A program made the translations under genes and the position numbers. The notes beneath the pieces are model-generated. The model did not search any database. It was not told the origin of the DNA and saw nothing but the letters and a program-made list of their open reading frames with translations. A stretch of DNA of 64,000 bases, from NCBI GenBank assembly GCA_963717085.1, contig CAVQVM010000011.1, forward strand, positions 233,108-297,107. The letters are read 5' to 3'. This DNA comes from an uncultured bacterium. GTDB taxonomy: Bacteria; Actinomycetota; Acidimicrobiia; Acidimicrobiales; VFJN01. Below, one piece after another: positions 18,992 to 30,955 of the stretch (within the stretch, counting starts at the first letter, position 1; every line of letters starts with the position of its first letter).

Positions 18992-20105
18992 ACCTCTCCC
19001 GGACCCCAAGGCCCTCCGGTACGCACGCCGCGAGCGGGCGTTGGCGGCGATGGAGGCGCACGACCTCGACCTCCTCGTGCTGGGGCGGGTCGCCAACATC
19101 CGCTACGTGTCCGGGGTGCCGGTGCTGTGGAACGCCGGTACGCGCCCGTTCGGGCCGGGCGCCGTGTTGGTGCGCGCCACGGGAGCGGTCCATCTGATGA
19201 GCACGTGGGACGAGGGGGTTCCGGAGGAGATACCCCACGACCACCTCTACGGGATCACCTGGAACCCGATGAACTACGTCGCGGCGCTCGAGCGGATCGG
19301 TGCCGACGTGCAGCCGCGCCGGGTCGGGACGGACGCGATGTCGCCGCTGTTCGCCCAGTTGCTGCCGATGGCGTTCCCGAGCGTGGCGATCGTCGACGGA
19401 GGGCCGGCGCTGCGCGACGCCAAGCGCATCAAGACGAACGAGGAGGTCGACGCGATCCGCGCCGCCCTCGTGGTCGCCGAGGCCGGGCTGGCCGCGGCGG
19501 TGGCCGAGCTTCGGCCCGGGGTGAGCGAGCGCGAGCTCACCGGTGTGTTCATGGATGCGATGGCGACCCGCGGCGTCACGACGCCGGCGACGCAGGACGT
19601 CGTCCGCATCACCACGGCTCGCGCCGCTCGCGAGGCCGGCGGTGACGGACGCGTGCAGGCCGGTGACCTCGTGGCATTCGACGCCGGGGTCGTCGCCGAC
19701 GGCTACGCCGGCGAGACGGGACGCACCTGGCCGGTCGAGCCGAACGGAACCGGGGGCTCGCTGGGCAAGCTCTACGAGCGATGGGAGCGACTGTGGGAGC
19801 GGCTGCTCGAGGCCTGCCGGCCCGGCGCAACGGGCAGTGGGCTCCTCGAGGCGTACGGGGCCGCTGGCGAGCCGCTCCCGCAGAGGCCGATCGGGCGCGG
19901 GCTGGGACTCGGCTTCGACGATCCGGTGATCGTCGGCGACCTGCCCGCGACCGCTGCCGACGAACGGCTGGACCCCGGCGTCGTCCTCGTCGTGACCGGA
20001 TGCGTCACCGACGACCGCGTCGCCACCGTCACCGCGCACGAAGCCGTACTCATCACCCCCGACGGGGCCGAGGTCCTGTCGGGCAGCCCGTTCTGGAACC
20101 GCTAG
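18981..20105 (+). CDS. M24-fold paralogue with degenerate metal-ligand positions
   Basis: 11-nt overlap with the previous gene. AFDAGVVADGYAGETGRTW, GRGLGLG (His position is Arg), VVTGC (Glu position is Thr), AHEAVLIT. Confidence 0.75.
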   Translation: MATEPLPDPKALRYARRERALAAMEAHDLDLLVLGRVANIRYVSGVPVLWNAGTRPFGPGAVLVRATGAVHLMSTWDEGVPEEIPHDHLYGITWNPMNYVAALERIGADVQPRRVGTDAMSPLFAQLLPMAFPSVAIVDGGPALRDAKRIKTNEEVDAIRAALVVAEAGLAAAVAELRPGVSERELTGVFMDAMATRGVTTPATQDVVRITTARAAREAGGDGRVQAGDLVAFDAGVVADGYAGETGRTWPVEPNGTGGSLGKLYERWERLWERLLEACRPGATGSGLLEAYGAAGEPLPQRPIGRGLGLGFDDPVIVGDLPATAADERLDPGVVLVVTGCVTDDRVATVTAHEAVLITPDGAEVLSGSPFWNR

Positions 20106-20289
20106 TGGGCGCTCGCGGAAGTTCCGTGGATGTATCGCCGCGGCAGATTCGTCGCTGGCAAGGACGCAGGAGGAAGGCGCAGCCAGCGGCTGCGGCGACG
20201 ACGAGGACGATGTCCAGCGGCGCATCTGGCCGGCGAGACGCCACGATGACTTCCGCGAGAGCCCACTTACAGCCCGGAGGGGCGACGAC

Positions 20290-21243
20290 ATGACCGACGA
20301 CACCAATGAGGAAGCGGACTGGATCCGCTACGTGAAGGATCCGGCGACCAAGATCGCGACCCTCACGTTGAACCGGCCCGACCGGCTCAACGCACCGACG
20401 ATCGCTATGCGGCTCCGGTACGCCGACCTGCTGCACCAGGCGAACATCGACGACGACGTGAAGGTCCTCGTGATCCGGGGCGAAGGCGACGACTTCGGCA
20501 GCGGGCAGGACCTCCCCGAGTTCATGGAGGCGCACGGGACCGACGATGGCCTCCTGCGCGAGGTGCAGCTCGAGGGAGCCGACGTCACTTATCCCCCCCG
20601 GCGCCAGTTCCGGCACGGCGCCACGGCCACCCAGTGGTTCGCCGATCCGCGGGGCGGCTGCCGGACCCTGCAGGAGTTCAAGAAGATCAGCATCGTCGAG
20701 GCAAAGGGCTATGTGTACGGCTGGCACTTCTACCAAGCCGGTGACGCCGACCTCGTGATCGCATCAGACGATGCCCTGTTCGGCCACGCCGCATGGCGCT
20801 ACGCGGGCACGGCGCCCCGCATGTGGTGGTGGGCGATGTCGATGGGCATCCGCAAGTTCCAGGAGATGGTCTTCACCGGCCGGCCCTTCACGGCCGCGGA
20901 GATGGCCGAGCTCGGCTTCGTGAACAGCGTGGTGCCGCGCGATCAGCTGGAAGCCGAGGTCGACAAGTACGCGACGGCGTGCGCCCAGAACCGGTCGACC
21001 GACGTCGTCTTCATGCAGAAGACGTTCTTCGAGATCATGAAGCAGTTCCAGGGCGAGTACATGGGGAGCCTGCTCACCGGTGTGCTCGAGTCGCTGGCGC
21101 CCTATGGCCGGCCCGACACCAACGAGCTGACCGTAACCAAGGGGATGTTCGAAGAGGGGATGACGAAGGCCGTCAAGGACTTCGACACCCGCTTCCCGCC
21201 CGAGTGGCGACTCAGCAAGAAGGGGCGCGAAGCGGCCGAGTGA
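20290..21243 (+). CDS. Enoyl-CoA hydratase/isomerase (crotonase) family protein
   Basis: IATLTLNRPDRLNA...VKVLVIRGEGDDFGSGQDL and a crotonase-fold length of 317 aa. Confidence 0.85.
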   Translation: MTDDTNEEADWIRYVKDPATKIATLTLNRPDRLNAPTIAMRLRYADLLHQANIDDDVKVLVIRGEGDDFGSGQDLPEFMEAHGTDDGLLREVQLEGADVTYPPRRQFRHGATATQWFADPRGGCRTLQEFKKISIVEAKGYVYGWHFYQAGDADLVIASDDALFGHAAWRYAGTAPRMWWWAMSMGIRKFQEMVFTGRPFTAAEMAELGFVNSVVPRDQLEAEVDKYATACAQNRSTDVVFMQKTFFEIMKQFQGEYMGSLLTGVLESLAPYGRPDTNELTVTKGMFEEGMTKAVKDFDTRFPPEWRLSKKGREAAE

Positions 21244-21255
21244 GGGAGCCGGTCC

Positions 21256-23646
21256 ATGACCGCGGCGCCGCCGCTCGATGACCTCGTCGTCGTCGATCTC
21301 TCCAGCGGGATCGCCGGCGCCTACTGCACGAAGATCCTCACCGACGGCGGCGCGGAGGTCGTCAAGGTGGAACCCCCGGAGGGCGATACGCTGCGCCGCT
21401 GGTCGGCGTCGGGGGCAGTGATCGCCGAGGGCGGCGAGGGCCCGCTGTTCACCTTCCTCGCGTCGGGGAAGCAGCGCCTGGTCGCCAACCCCGACGACGG
21501 GGAAGACGTCAAGCGCGTTCGTGCCCTCTTCGGGCGTGCCGATGTGGTCGTCTGGTCGAGGGGATCCCGGCTCGCCGAGTGCCCCGCGTTCTCACCGGAC
21601 GCGATCCGCCGCGTTGGACCGCACCTGACGGTCACATCGATCACGCCGTTCGGGTTGGAGGGACCGTGGTGCGACCGCGCCGCCACGGAGTTCACGCTCC
21701 AGGCGTGGTCCGGGGGGATCGTGGGCCTCGGGCGCGGCGCCCCGGACCGGGCGCCAATGTTCGTCGGCGGGCAGATCGGCGAGTGGCTCACCGGCACCTA
21801 CGCGGCGATCGGGACGATGGCCTCGCGGGCGCGCGCCCGGCACGACGGTGCGGGTGAGCTCGTCGACGTCTCGATGCTCGAGACGCTCGGCCTGTGCCTC
21901 ACCTACTACCCCGTCACGTACCACGACATGGTCGGTCGGCCGTTCCGGAGCGGACGATCCACCATCACCCCGGGCGTGGAGACGACGAGCGACGGCCTCG
22001 TCGGGCTCGGGGTGGGCACTGGCCAGCAGTGGCACGACTTCTGCGTGATGGTCGGGCACCCGGAGTGGATGGCGGACCGCTCCCTGTTTGCCAACCGCGC
22101 ACACCTGGGGCCGGACATCGCAGCCTGGGCGGCCGAGCACACCACCGCCGAGATACTCGAGCTGGCGGGCACGTGGCGCATCCCGCACGCGCCGATCGGC
22201 AACGGCGCCTCGATCCCGACGACCGACCACTTCGCGGCGCGCCGGTCGATCATCCGGAACGGTCGGGCCGGCGTCGCCGAACCCGACCGCCCCTACCGCT
22301 TCGTCCCGCCGTTGCTCAGCTCCCCCGCCGGCGCTGAGGCCCCGACGACCGAGGTGCCGGCGCCGAGCGCGCCCACGGATGCGCCCGAGCTGCCGTTCGA
22401 GGGTCTCCGGGTGCTCGATCTGACCGCCTTCTGGGCCGGCCCGCTGTGCACGCACGTGCTGGCGATGCTGGGGGCCGAGGTCCTCCACCTCGAGTCGACG
22501 GCCCGCCCCGATGGCACTCGTCTGCTCGCCGGGCTGCGGTTCTCGGAGCCCGACTGGTGGGAGCGGTCGGGGATCTTCGCCGGCCTGAACACCAACAAGC
22601 GGGGCCTGACGCTCGATCTCGTCAGGGACGAAGGGAGAGGGCTGCTACGGCGCTTGATCGCGACCTGCGACGTCGTCGTCGAGAACCACACGCCGCGAGT
22701 GCTGGATCAGCTCGGGTTCGATGCCGACGCCGTGCGCGCCATCCGGCCCGACATCGTCATGGTGCGCATGCCCGGCTTCGGGCTCGACGGCCCGTGGCGG
22801 GACGACCCGGCCTTCGCCTTCGTCATCGAGGACGCCTCGGGGCTGACCTGGATGACCGGTTACCCGGACCGGAACCCGGTCTCGCCGTACTGCGTCGGCG
22901 ACTCGAACGCGGGTCTCCACGCACTGAGCGGCCTGCTCCTCGCTCTCGAACACCGCCGGCGCACCGGCGAGGGCGTCGTCGTGGAAGCCGCGATGGTGGA
23001 CGCGGCGCTCAACGTCGCCGCGGAACAGGTCGTCGAGCACTCGGCGCATGGAGCGCTGCTCGGGCGGGATGGGAACCGGGGACCGACAGCGGCGCCGCAG
23101 AACCTCTACCTCACCTCCGACGTCGACGAGGCCGGTGCGCGCGACACATGGGTGGCCATCGCGGTCGCGAGCGACGAGCAGTGGCTCGCACTCCGTGGCG
23201 CGCTCGGTGAGCCGGGGTGGGCGATGGAGCCGGGGCTGGCGACGGAGTCCGGTCGGCGACGCCACCACGACGCCATCGATCGCCACCTTGGCAGCTGGTG
23301 CGCCGAGCGGCCGGCCGACGAGATCGTCGACTGCCTCTGGGGTGCCGCCGTCCCCGTGGCGCGGGTGATGCAGCCCCACGAGCAGGCGACGCTGCCGCAG
23401 TTGCAGTTCCGTCGCTTCTTCGAGGAACTCGACCATCCGGTCACGGGGACGGCTCGGCACAGCACGCTGCCGATGCGGTTCTCGCGCGGGCCCGACCGCT
23501 TCCACCGACGCCCGGCCCCGCTCCTCGGCGAGCACACCGACGAGGTGCTGCGCGGCCTCGGGGTCTCTGACGATGAGCTCGCACGGCTCCAGGAGGACGG
23601 CGTCATCGGCCGCACGCCGGATGCCGCGAAGAGCGCCAGCGGATAG
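21256..23646 (+). CDS. Family III (CaiB/BaiF) CoA-transferase, two fused modules
   Basis: Two N-terminal-type signatures: LVVVDLSSGIAGAYCTKILTDGGAEVVKVEPPEGD and LRVLDLTAFWAGPLCTHVLAMLGAEVLHLES. 796 aa. Confidence 0.85.
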   Translation: MTAAPPLDDLVVVDLSSGIAGAYCTKILTDGGAEVVKVEPPEGDTLRRWSASGAVIAEGGEGPLFTFLASGKQRLVANPDDGEDVKRVRALFGRADVVVWSRGSRLAECPAFSPDAIRRVGPHLTVTSITPFGLEGPWCDRAATEFTLQAWSGGIVGLGRGAPDRAPMFVGGQIGEWLTGTYAAIGTMASRARARHDGAGELVDVSMLETLGLCLTYYPVTYHDMVGRPFRSGRSTITPGVETTSDGLVGLGVGTGQQWHDFCVMVGHPEWMADRSLFANRAHLGPDIAAWAAEHTTAEILELAGTWRIPHAPIGNGASIPTTDHFAARRSIIRNGRAGVAEPDRPYRFVPPLLSSPAGAEAPTTEVPAPSAPTDAPELPFEGLRVLDLTAFWAGPLCTHVLAMLGAEVLHLESTARPDGTRLLAGLRFSEPDWWERSGIFAGLNTNKRGLTLDLVRDEGRGLLRRLIATCDVVVENHTPRVLDQLGFDADAVRAIRPDIVMVRMPGFGLDGPWRDDPAFAFVIEDASGLTWMTGYPDRNPVSPYCVGDSNAGLHALSGLLLALEHRRRTGEGVVVEAAMVDAALNVAAEQVVEHSAHGALLGRDGNRGPTAAPQNLYLTSDVDEAGARDTWVAIAVASDEQWLALRGALGEPGWAMEPGLATESGRRRHHDAIDRHLGSWCAERPADEIVDCLWGAAVPVARVMQPHEQATLPQLQFRRFFEELDHPVTGTARHSTLPMRFSRGPDRFHRRPAPLLGEHTDEVLRGLGVSDDELARLQEDGVIGRTPDAAKSASG

Positions 23647-23790
23647 GCACGTCCCCTTTGGCTCACGGTGGTCAGCGCCGCCGGAGGCCCAGCAGTTGAG
23701 CTGCGGCCCAGCAACAAATCCCGACGCGGGGGTGCCCTTGGCAACGCCCGATCCGCTGGGCCTCGAAACGGAGCAAGTAGGTTCCAGCCG

Positions 23791-24297
23791 GTGTCACACC
23801 AGCTCCGCTACGACCCGGTCGAGGCATCGCGCCAGCGGTGGATCGAACAGGGCTGGGACGAGAGCGCGCCGGGCATGGCCGCCGTCGTCTCGGTCATGCG
23901 GGCCGAGCAGATCTTCCTCCACCGGGCAACCGGGATCCTGCGTCCGCTCGGCCTGACGTTCGCCCGGTACCAGGTGCTCGGGATGCTGCGCTGGACGGGT
24001 CCGCTGACCCTCGGCGCGATCGGCCACCGGCTCTGGATCACGCCGGCGACGGTGACCAGCGCGATCGATCGACTGGAGGCGGCGGGTCTGTGCCGCCGCG
24101 CCTCCCACCCTCGGGACGCCCGCGCCACGCTCGTCGAGATCACCGCCAAGGGACGACGCCTGTTCGACCGCTCGGTCGAGAAGCTGAACGCCGACCTGTT
24201 CGGCACGGTCGGCCTCGCGGAGGAGGAGCTCGACCTGCTCGTCGGGCTCATCAGGAAGATCCGTGCCGGCGAGGGCGACGTCGTCGAGCTGAGCTGA
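23791..24297 (+). CDS. MarR-family transcriptional regulator
   Basis: LGLTFARYQVLGMLRWTGPLTLGAIGHRLWITPATVTSAIDRLEAAGLCRR. I prefer the GTG at 23791 over the ORF-track start at 23668. Confidence 0.75.
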   Translation: MSHQLRYDPVEASRQRWIEQGWDESAPGMAAVVSVMRAEQIFLHRATGILRPLGLTFARYQVLGMLRWTGPLTLGAIGHRLWITPATVTSAIDRLEAAGLCRRASHPRDARATLVEITAKGRRLFDRSVEKLNADLFGTVGLAEEELDLLVGLIRKIRAGEGDVVELS

Positions 24298-24351
24298 CGC
24301 CACGCCTGCTCCGCCGGTCGGCGGTGCTGACCAGGACGGACGGGTCGGGCC

Positions 24352-25020
24352 TCAGGCGCCGGGCGCGCGCCCCTCCCGGACGGCGTCATGAAGCAGGCCG
24401 ATGACCCAGGCGATGCCGGCGATGGCCTCGTCTCGATCGAGCTCCCAGTCCACCGCTAGGCGCTCGTAGACCGCCACACCCCAGAGCACGTCGAACATCG
24501 CCGCCGCCACGGAGCGATCCGCCTCGGTCCACCCCGCCGTATGGGGTCCCAGCGCCCGTAGGAGCGCCTCCCGCTGGCGCCGGCCAGCGGCGGTGAGGGT
24601 CGGGTCCAGCGGAGCGTGCCGCTCGAGCGGGTGCGAGGCGACGGCCGTGACGATGCGGCCGGCCACGTCGGCGATGCCTTCGAGCTGCAGCCGGTCGAGG
24701 TCGATGCCGGCCCGCTGCTCGAGGCGGTGCATGACGGCGTCGCGCAGCCCGCGCTCGTTTGCGAGGTGGCGGTAGACGGTGCGCTCGTTCACGCCCGCTC
24801 GCTTGGCCACGGCACGCACGGTGAGGCCGCGCCAGTCCCGGATCGCCGACGCACCGAGGAGCTCGCACCCGGCGGTCACGATCCGATCACGGGTCTCGGA
24901 CGCCCGCTGCTGGCGCAGCGTGCTGTCGTAACGGCGGCGTGCCGGCGCCGATTCGGGGCTCGGCGCCTCGCTCGCGCGCATCGCTCCCATGTTCCTAGGC
25001 CCCGGCCACCTGGCCGCCAC
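24352..25020 (-). CDS. TetR-family transcriptional regulator
   Basis: HTH region LTVRAVAKRAGVNERTVYRHLANERGL. The start could be one of the internal Met codons. Confidence 0.8.
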   Translation of the reverse strand: MAARWPGPRNMGAMRASEAPSPESAPARRRYDSTLRQQRASETRDRIVTAGCELLGASAIRDWRGLTVRAVAKRAGVNERTVYRHLANERGLRDAVMHRLEQRAGIDLDRLQLEGIADVAGRIVTAVASHPLERHAPLDPTLTAAGRRQREALLRALGPHTAGWTEADRSVAAAMFDVLWGVAVYERLAVDWELDRDEAIAGIAWVIGLLHDAVREGRAPGA

Positions 25021-25029
25021 GCGAGCCGG

Positions 25030-26226
25030 TCACGGTGTGCGCACCGGCAGCCTGTCCCAACCTCGGACCGTGGAGGTCGGGGCCAGCGTGGCGCCCTCCC
25101 AGTCGACGTCCCACTCGGGGAAGCGCTCGAGCACCTCCTCGAGGGCCACCCGCCCTTCGAGGCGAGCCAGCGCGGCACCGAGGCAGTAATGCGTCCCGAA
25201 ACCAAATGTGAGGTGCGAGCAGTTGCTGCGGTGGATGTCGAACGTGTCGCCGTTCGGGTTCTTGCGGTCGTCCCGGTTGGCGGAGCCGATGAGGCAGAGG
25301 AGGGCGCTGCGGGCCGGCACCGTCTGGCCCTGGATCTCTGCGTCCTTGGCGACGTAGCGCCCCACGTGGGGGGCTGGGGGCTCGAAGCGGAGGAGCTCCT
25401 CGATGGCGCCCGGGATGAGCGCGTGGTCATCGACCAGCTCGCGGCGCTGGTCGGGGTGCTCGGCCAGGACCTTCCCGGCCCAACCGATCAGCCGGGTCGT
25501 GGTCTCGTTGCCGGCACCCGACACCACCGTGATGTACGTGAGCAGCTCGTCACGGCGCAGGCGACGGACGGTGCCCGTCTCGTCCTCGAACTCGGCGTTG
25601 AGGAGGTCGGTCATGATGTCGTCGGACGGGTGCTCGGCCCGCCAGTCGATGTAGTCGGCGAACTGCTCCCCGTTGGCGAAGTCCTCCGACACCTGCATTG
25701 GCTGGCCGGCCTCCGTGCGGAGGTTCTCGTCGACGCGGTCGCGGATCCTCGGCTGATCCTCCTCCGGAATCCCCAACAGCATCCCGATCACCCGCATAGG
25801 CATCTGCGCCCCGAGATCGGCGACGAAGTCGAAGCCACCGGCGCCGACGAACGGATCCAGGCTCCGGGCGCAGAGCTCGCGGATCCTCGGCTCGAGCGCG
25901 GCCACCTTCTTGGGTGTGAACACCCGTGACAGCAGGCTGCGATGGATGGTGTGGGTCGGCGGGTCCTCGAAGATGACCACCCCGGGAGGCATCTCGATGT
26001 TGGCCTTGATCAGCTCGAGGATCCCGCCCCGGCCCGAGATGAACGTGTCCCGCTCGACGAGGCCGCGCTCGACGTCCTCGAAACGGCTCACCGCGTAGAA
26101 GTCGTGCGGCTCGTTGTAGTAAAGCGGTGCCTCCTCCCGCAGCCGGCGGAAGACGGGGTACGGATCCCGGTCGATGTCGACGTCGTACGGGTCGTAGTAG
26201 ACGTCCCTCGCCGTGCTTGTCGTCAC
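25030..26226 (-). CDS. Cytochrome P450
   Basis: Heme loop FGFGTHYCLGAALA, EXXR (EELLRFEPP), I-helix AGNETT. Confidence 0.92.
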   Translation of the reverse strand: MTTSTARDVYYDPYDVDIDRDPYPVFRRLREEAPLYYNEPHDFYAVSRFEDVERGLVERDTFISGRGGILELIKANIEMPPGVVIFEDPPTHTIHRSLLSRVFTPKKVAALEPRIRELCARSLDPFVGAGGFDFVADLGAQMPMRVIGMLLGIPEEDQPRIRDRVDENLRTEAGQPMQVSEDFANGEQFADYIDWRAEHPSDDIMTDLLNAEFEDETGTVRRLRRDELLTYITVVSGAGNETTTRLIGWAGKVLAEHPDQRRELVDDHALIPGAIEELLRFEPPAPHVGRYVAKDAEIQGQTVPARSALLCLIGSANRDDRKNPNGDTFDIHRSNCSHLTFGFGTHYCLGAALARLEGRVALEEVLERFPEWDVDWEGATLAPTSTVRGWDRLPVRTP

Positions 26227-26298
26227 CCGCGGCCCCTCGGTGAATTCGTGTCAGAACCGTGGCATGAAATGTCCGAACGCGTCAAGATCGCGGGATGG

Positions 26299-26994
26299 TC
26301 ATCCCGGTCGCGACGCTCGGAGCTGCTGGGCGCCCGCCACGGCGGTCGGTGGCAGAAGTTGGTCGATGAGGATCTCCGTCAGCCATCTCTCATACCGTTC
26401 GGGCCGCCAGCCTCTGTCTACAACGAGGAGCCGGTAGACCTCGGGGGACATGAGTGCGTGGATGATGTCCGCGGCGTCGCGCTCTCGTAGCTCGGGCCGT
26501 AGCGCGTCGGTGCGAGCCAGTGCGCGCGCCACAAGGCGTTGGCCTTGGTGGCGCTGTTGCGTGAGCTCGTCGAGCAGCGCCGCCGCGTCGGGGTCCGAGG
26601 CCGCCGCGCTGACGAGGATGCGGTAGATCGGCGCGGTCCTCGAGTTCACCTGGGCGGTGATTCCGACAAAGCCCGCCAGCTGGTTCTTCGCGTCTGGGTC
26701 GGCGAGGAGCGATCGGACGTGGGGGCGATCCGGCAACGGAACTGCCTCGTCGTCGCCGACGATGGAGACATCGAGCAGGGCCTTGAGGATCCCGCGCTTG
26801 GACGAGAACAGGCGGTACACGGTGGCCGGAGGGACATCCGATAGGGCGCTTATGGCCTCGATCGTCGTGGCCCCGTAGCCGCGTTCGAGGAACAGGGTCT
26901 GGGCGGCGTCGACGACCGCAGCCCGGGCCAGGCGGGTCCTTGCCTGGCCGCGGTTGGGGTCTGCGGACTTTTTCCTCTTGACTTCGGTCGCCAC
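26299..26994 (-). CDS. TetR-family transcriptional regulator
   Basis: HTH TIEAISALSDVPPATVYRLFSSKRGIL. Divergent from the VOC/UvrA-like genes. Confidence 0.85.
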   Translation of the reverse strand: MATEVKRKKSADPNRGQARTRLARAAVVDAAQTLFLERGYGATTIEAISALSDVPPATVYRLFSSKRGILKALLDVSIVGDDEAVPLPDRPHVRSLLADPDAKNQLAGFVGITAQVNSRTAPIYRILVSAAASDPDAAALLDELTQQRHQGQRLVARALARTDALRPELRERDAADIIHALMSPEVYRLLVVDRGWRPERYERWLTEILIDQLLPPTAVAGAQQLRASRPG

Positions 26995-27002
26995 CCCATG
27001 AG

Positions 27003-27031
27003 ACTACTACTCTCGAACTGAGAGTGCTACT
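27003..27031. promoter_or_regulatory. Inverted repeat ACTCTC-GAACT-GAGAGT with partly matching flanks (TetR operator candidate)
   Basis: Core arms at 27009-27014 and 27020-25 are exact reverse complements. Lies in the 88-bp AT-richer spacer between the divergent TetR and VOC genes. Confidence 0.35.
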
Positions 27032-27082
27032 ATCAATCTCAAAGGAGACCCACCGGGTCGACCGTGACCCACGACCAGAGGA

Positions 27083-27445
27083 GTGACCATGACCGGCTCT
27101 TCCACCCAGGGCATCAAGACCGTGCTCCATCCCGTGACCGACCTGGCGACCACCAAGGCCGTCTACACCGCCCTGCTCGGCGTCTCACCCCAGACCGACG
27201 AGTCCTACTACGTCGGCTTCGAGGCCGCCGGCCAGCACATCGGGCTGGTGCCGGCGGGTGGACCCCAGACCATGACCTCACCGGTCGCCTACTGGCACGT
27301 GCCCGACATCGAGGCGAAGCTCGCCGAGGTCGCCGCCGCGGGTGCCACCATCAAGGACCCCGCCCACGACGTCGGTGGCGGCCGCCTGGTGGCCACCGTC
27401 ACCGACCCCGACGGCAACGTCCTCGGGCTGCTCCAGGACCAATAG
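27083..27445 (+). CDS. VOC-family (glyoxalase/bleomycin-resistance fold) protein
   Basis: 120 aa with IKTVLHPVTDLATTKAVYTALLG...ATVTDPDGNVLGLLQ, a typical VOC pattern. Confidence 0.8.
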   Translation: MTMTGSSTQGIKTVLHPVTDLATTKAVYTALLGVSPQTDESYYVGFEAAGQHIGLVPAGGPQTMTSPVAYWHVPDIEAKLAEVAAAGATIKDPAHDVGGGRLVATVTDPDGNVLGLLQDQ

Positions 27446-27482
27446 GTGCCGACCCCCGCCACGCGCTACGGATGGAGACACG

Positions 27483-29870
<2,388 letters not shown>

Positions 29871-29908
29871 CCGAGCGCTCGTCCGGGGAGGGCTCGCCTC
29901 CGCTCCAA

Positions 29909-30955
29909 CTAGACCGCGGGGATGACCTCGTCGTGGATCAGGCGCAGCTGTGTGTCGACGTCGGCCACCCCCTCGATGTCCATCCCCGTGAACGCCTTGA
30001 CGAGGCTGCGGTCGGTGATCGCCAGGATCATGTGGTTCACGCCTGCCGGGGCGATCTCGTCGCGGATCTTGGCCGCGCACTCGGCCGGCGAGCCCGACAC
30101 CGACAGCCGCTCGGCCAGCGCCGGCGACGTCAGCTCTACGCCCTTGGCCAGGTCGCCGCCCCCGATGGCGTCGATGATCGGCTTCAGCTCGGCGGCGTCG
30201 ACGCCGTTGCGCGCGAGCTGCTCGGCGGGCATCGACGAGGCGTAGATGCCGACCATCGCGCGCGCCGCGTCCTTCGCTTTTGCCGCGTCCGGGCCGGTGG
30301 CGAACACCACCCACGCACCGATGTCGAGCGCGTCGGCGTTCTTGCCGGCCCGCTCGGCGCCGATGCGGAAGTGCTCGACGGCGAAGTCGTACGCCCCTCT
30401 CGTGTAGCTGAGCGCGTGGTGGCAGCCGTCGGACAGCTCACCGGCCGCCTCGAACGACTTCGGCCCGCGCATCGCCCCGATCATCACCGGTACGCGCTCC
30501 TGCACCGGCCGGGCGAACGTGAACAGCCCGTTGTAGGTGAAGAACTCGCCTGAGAACGTGATCGCGCCGTCATCGAGCAGCGTGCGTATGACGTGGTGCG
30601 CCTCCTTGGTGCGCGACAGCGGCCTGGTCGTCGTCCAGTCGATGCCGTACTGGGCGAGCAGCCCGAAGTTGCCGCTGGAGATCACCGCCTCGGCGCGCCC
30701 ACCCGAGAGCTCGTCGAGGGTGGCGATGGACTGGGCGATCAGCGTCGGCTCGCGCAGCACGACCGACGACAGGCTCGGCCCGAAGCGGATGTTCTCGGTC
30801 TGCGTCGCGGCGGCGGCGAACAGCAACCACATGTCCTTGTGCCACGTCTCGTCGGCGGCGTAGCAGGCGTGGAAGCCGAGCTCGTCGGCCAGCTTGATCG
30901 ACGCGAGCGACTCCGCCAGCGGGTAGTCGGGCAAGAGGACGTAGCTGTACTTCAC
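29909..30955 (-). CDS. LLM-class F420-dependent oxidoreductase (Mer/FGD-like)
   Basis: [41 protein letters not shown]... is a luciferase-like TIM-barrel pattern. 4-nt overlap with the upstream gene. Confidence 0.85.
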   Translation of the reverse strand: MKYSYVLLPDYPLAESLASIKLADELGFHACYAADETWHKDMWLLFAAAATQTENIRFGPSLSSVVLREPTLIAQSIATLDELSGGRAEAVISSGNFGLLAQYGIDWTTTRPLSRTKEAHHVIRTLLDDGAITFSGEFFTYNGLFTFARPVQERVPVMIGAMRGPKSFEAAGELSDGCHHALSYTRGAYDFAVEHFRIGAERAGKNADALDIGAWVVFATGPDAAKAKDAARAMVGIYASSMPAEQLARNGVDAAELKPIIDAIGGGDLAKGVELTSPALAERLSVSGSPAECAAKIRDEIAPAGVNHMILAITDRSLVKAFTGMDIEGVADVDTQLRLIHDEVIPAV

